In this document: positions 61,845-64,000 of the stretch, one piece after another
Position numbering within the stretch: position 1 is the stretch's first letter
How the letters are laid out: every line of letters begins with the position of its first letter
Translations under genes and position numbers: made by a program
Assembly (NCBI RefSeq): GCF_009914755.1
Contig: NC_060928.1
Strand: one strand, 5' to 3'
DNA: 64,000 bases
DNA from: the human T2T-CHM13v2.0 reference genome, Homo sapiens
Notes under the pieces: generated by a model
Told to the model about the DNA's origin: nothing
Databases searched by the model: none
What the model saw: only the letters and a program-made list of their open reading frames with translations

Positions 61845-63240
61845 TTTCACTGAATTTGTACTTGAAAAAATGTAAACCTACAGAAAAGTTGTAAGAATAG
61901 TACAATTCCATGAACACCCAGATATCTTTCATCTAGATTCATCAGTTGTTAACGTATTTTCATCTTTGCTTTATCTCTTTCTGTCTTATTTTAGTTGAAT
62001 AATTTGATAATAAATTGCAGACATCTGACATTTTACCTCTAAATACTTTTACTTCTTATTACTTGAGTGCCATTGCAACTAGTCTCTTACAATGAAAAAA
62101 ATACATGTATTTACCAAATTGTGAGTTCCCACTGCTATCTCTAATTCTAATTCTAATTCAACACTACAGGGTTATTTTTTCCCTCATTTCATCATTCTAT
62201 TTTCCTTCTCCCACTGTGACAACTGTGGTTTTCGAGAACACCAATATATTGATTCACCTGCTCAATTCTAAAACATACACAATATATTTTTGGAATTGCC
62301 ATACTGATATTACTACAGAAACAAACTAAATAAAGTTCAAGACTTTTACAGTTCTTTTTGTCCTTAGAATATATTCCATCGCATGTACACAAAGTTCTAT
62401 GCTCAAAAGTTACTTGGATTAATTCTTTTTCATTCTCTTCTGTTTAGTCATATTATCAAGTTGATAGACATTTAGTTTCATTTGTTTCTGGTTAAACTGA
62501 ATTTTGATAATTTTCCATCCTGTTGATTTAATTTTATTTCTTGAACATGTGAAATAGTAATGTGGTTCAAAAGGCAGAACTGTGTTTTAAAAGTATTAAC
62601 AGAGAGGTCTCATCGCTTCTCGATGCTTTTCCCCCAATCTCACCTACTTCCTCTAGGTAAAAAAAATCACTCATTAAAAAAAATTTTTCTTTCTATGTTT
62701 CTTTTTGCAACAGTAAACAGATGTTCACACATTTACATACTTTTTTGCACAAAATATATCATTCTATACATACTCTTTTTGTATCTTACATTTTTCACTT
62801 AACAATATATCATGAAAATATTCCCTACATAGAGATCTTTTTCATTCCTTTTGACAACTGCCTAGTACTCCATTGTGTCTATGGACTATGTTTTATTTAA
62901 TATCTCCTATGAATGGTCATGTAAGTGGCTTCCACTATTTTGCTGTTATAAATAATACTGAAGTGAATAATCTCAGGCACAGATTTTTGCTATTGTTGAG
63001 ATGTAGCTTCAGGGATAGAGTTGCTGGTCAAAAAGCAGTTCTGTTTGTTTTTCTCACATTATCTTCCATAGGAATTGTACCATTTTAGGCTTTCATCAGC
63101 AATTTATGAAAAGGCCTATTTCCCCATAGTCTCACCTACAAAATATGTTAGCAAACTTTTGAATTTTTCACCAATTTGATAGTTGAGAAATGTCACTTCT
63201 CTGATTAAGTGTGATGTTTAGCATCTTTCCTTCTATTGGG
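61845..63240 (-). mobile_element. Old L1M 3' fragments (approximate)
   Basis: ACAGAAAAGTTGTAAGAATAGTACAA; CTGCCTAGTACTCCATTGTGT; TTCCACTATTTTGCTGTTATAAATAAT. Confidence 0.65.
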
Positions 63241-63297
63241 AGCCTTTTGTTAATACTTCTCCACTCTTCCCCATATCATCCATTCTCCCCAACCCCA

Positions 63298-63347
63298 TGT
63301 ATGTGTGTGTGTGTGTGTGTATGTGTGTGTCTGTGTGTTTGTGTGTG
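63298..63347. repeat. Imperfect (TG)n microsatellite
   Basis: Read directly from the sequence. Confidence 0.9.
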
Positions 63348-64000
63348 CTTGTAGCCTAATTTCAGAGGTTATGAATCCTGTGGATGAATTAGATCTTAAA
63401 ACCCTTTATTTTTAAAAAATTTTTCAGCCTAGACTCTGTCATACAAAGAATCTTTATTTTAAACATGAAACTGAAGCCTCTAAAACATATGTAGTGGCAA
63501 ATATAAGACCAGAACCCAGATGTCCCTATTTCTAATTTGCTTTCCCATTAAACTATTAACTTACACTCAATCCCCCTTTTTCTCAGACTAGGACAAAAGG
63601 ACTTTTCTGATTGTAGAACATATTTGAAAAGTACCTAGTAAAGTACCTACCACATAGGAGGTACTGAGGAAATATTTTTTGAACTATATTGCAGCATTAA
63701 TTAAATTTGGAATTAAGTGAAAACAAACACTTTTAAAACATTTAGAGCCAGACTTTATGGTTGAACTCTAAGAGGTCTCACCCAAGTTCTTACTTAAGGA
63801 AAGGTGTATGGTGACACTAAGACTCCATCTAATTGTTGCTTTAGCAATTCAGTGAATGAGCAGTTTTTTGAATAACCAATCACAATGAAATTAAAAAGTG
63901 GCCTTATATATTCAAAATGTGTTCAAAACAAAATATGCCCATTATTGATAATACTCATTGCTTCTTAAGAATGTATATGTATTTTTTTTAAAAAAAGCAT

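Overview
Primate, almost certainly human, genomic DNA (it carries a young AluYa5) covering the head-to-head pair TRMT10A and MTTP. TRMT10A (- strand) is complete: a non-coding exon 1 plus 7 coding exons whose GT-AG-bounded lengths sum to 1020 nt, giving 339 aa. MTTP (+ strand) exons 1-10 (codons 1-448) are present and the gene runs off the right end. A CpG-island bidirectional promoter lies at ~20.2-20.95 kb and the HNF1/HNF4/DR1 liver-gut MTTP promoter at ~31.5 kb. The rest is Alu, L1, L2, MIR, MLT1 and DNA-transposon relics plus a ~1.05 kb AT-rich VNTR. The main leads are: (1) an apparently intact extra signal-peptide exon at 29392-29458 that is in phase with MTTP exon 2, so MTTP has three phase-1-compatible first exons; (2) a 51/54-bp copy of the TRMT10A exon-3 acceptor inside intron 2 that could act as an alternative terminal exon; (3) a possible stop-free TRMT10A circRNA; (4) several alternative splice and uORF features. 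Repeat family names are by eye and their boundaries are approximate. No database was consulted.
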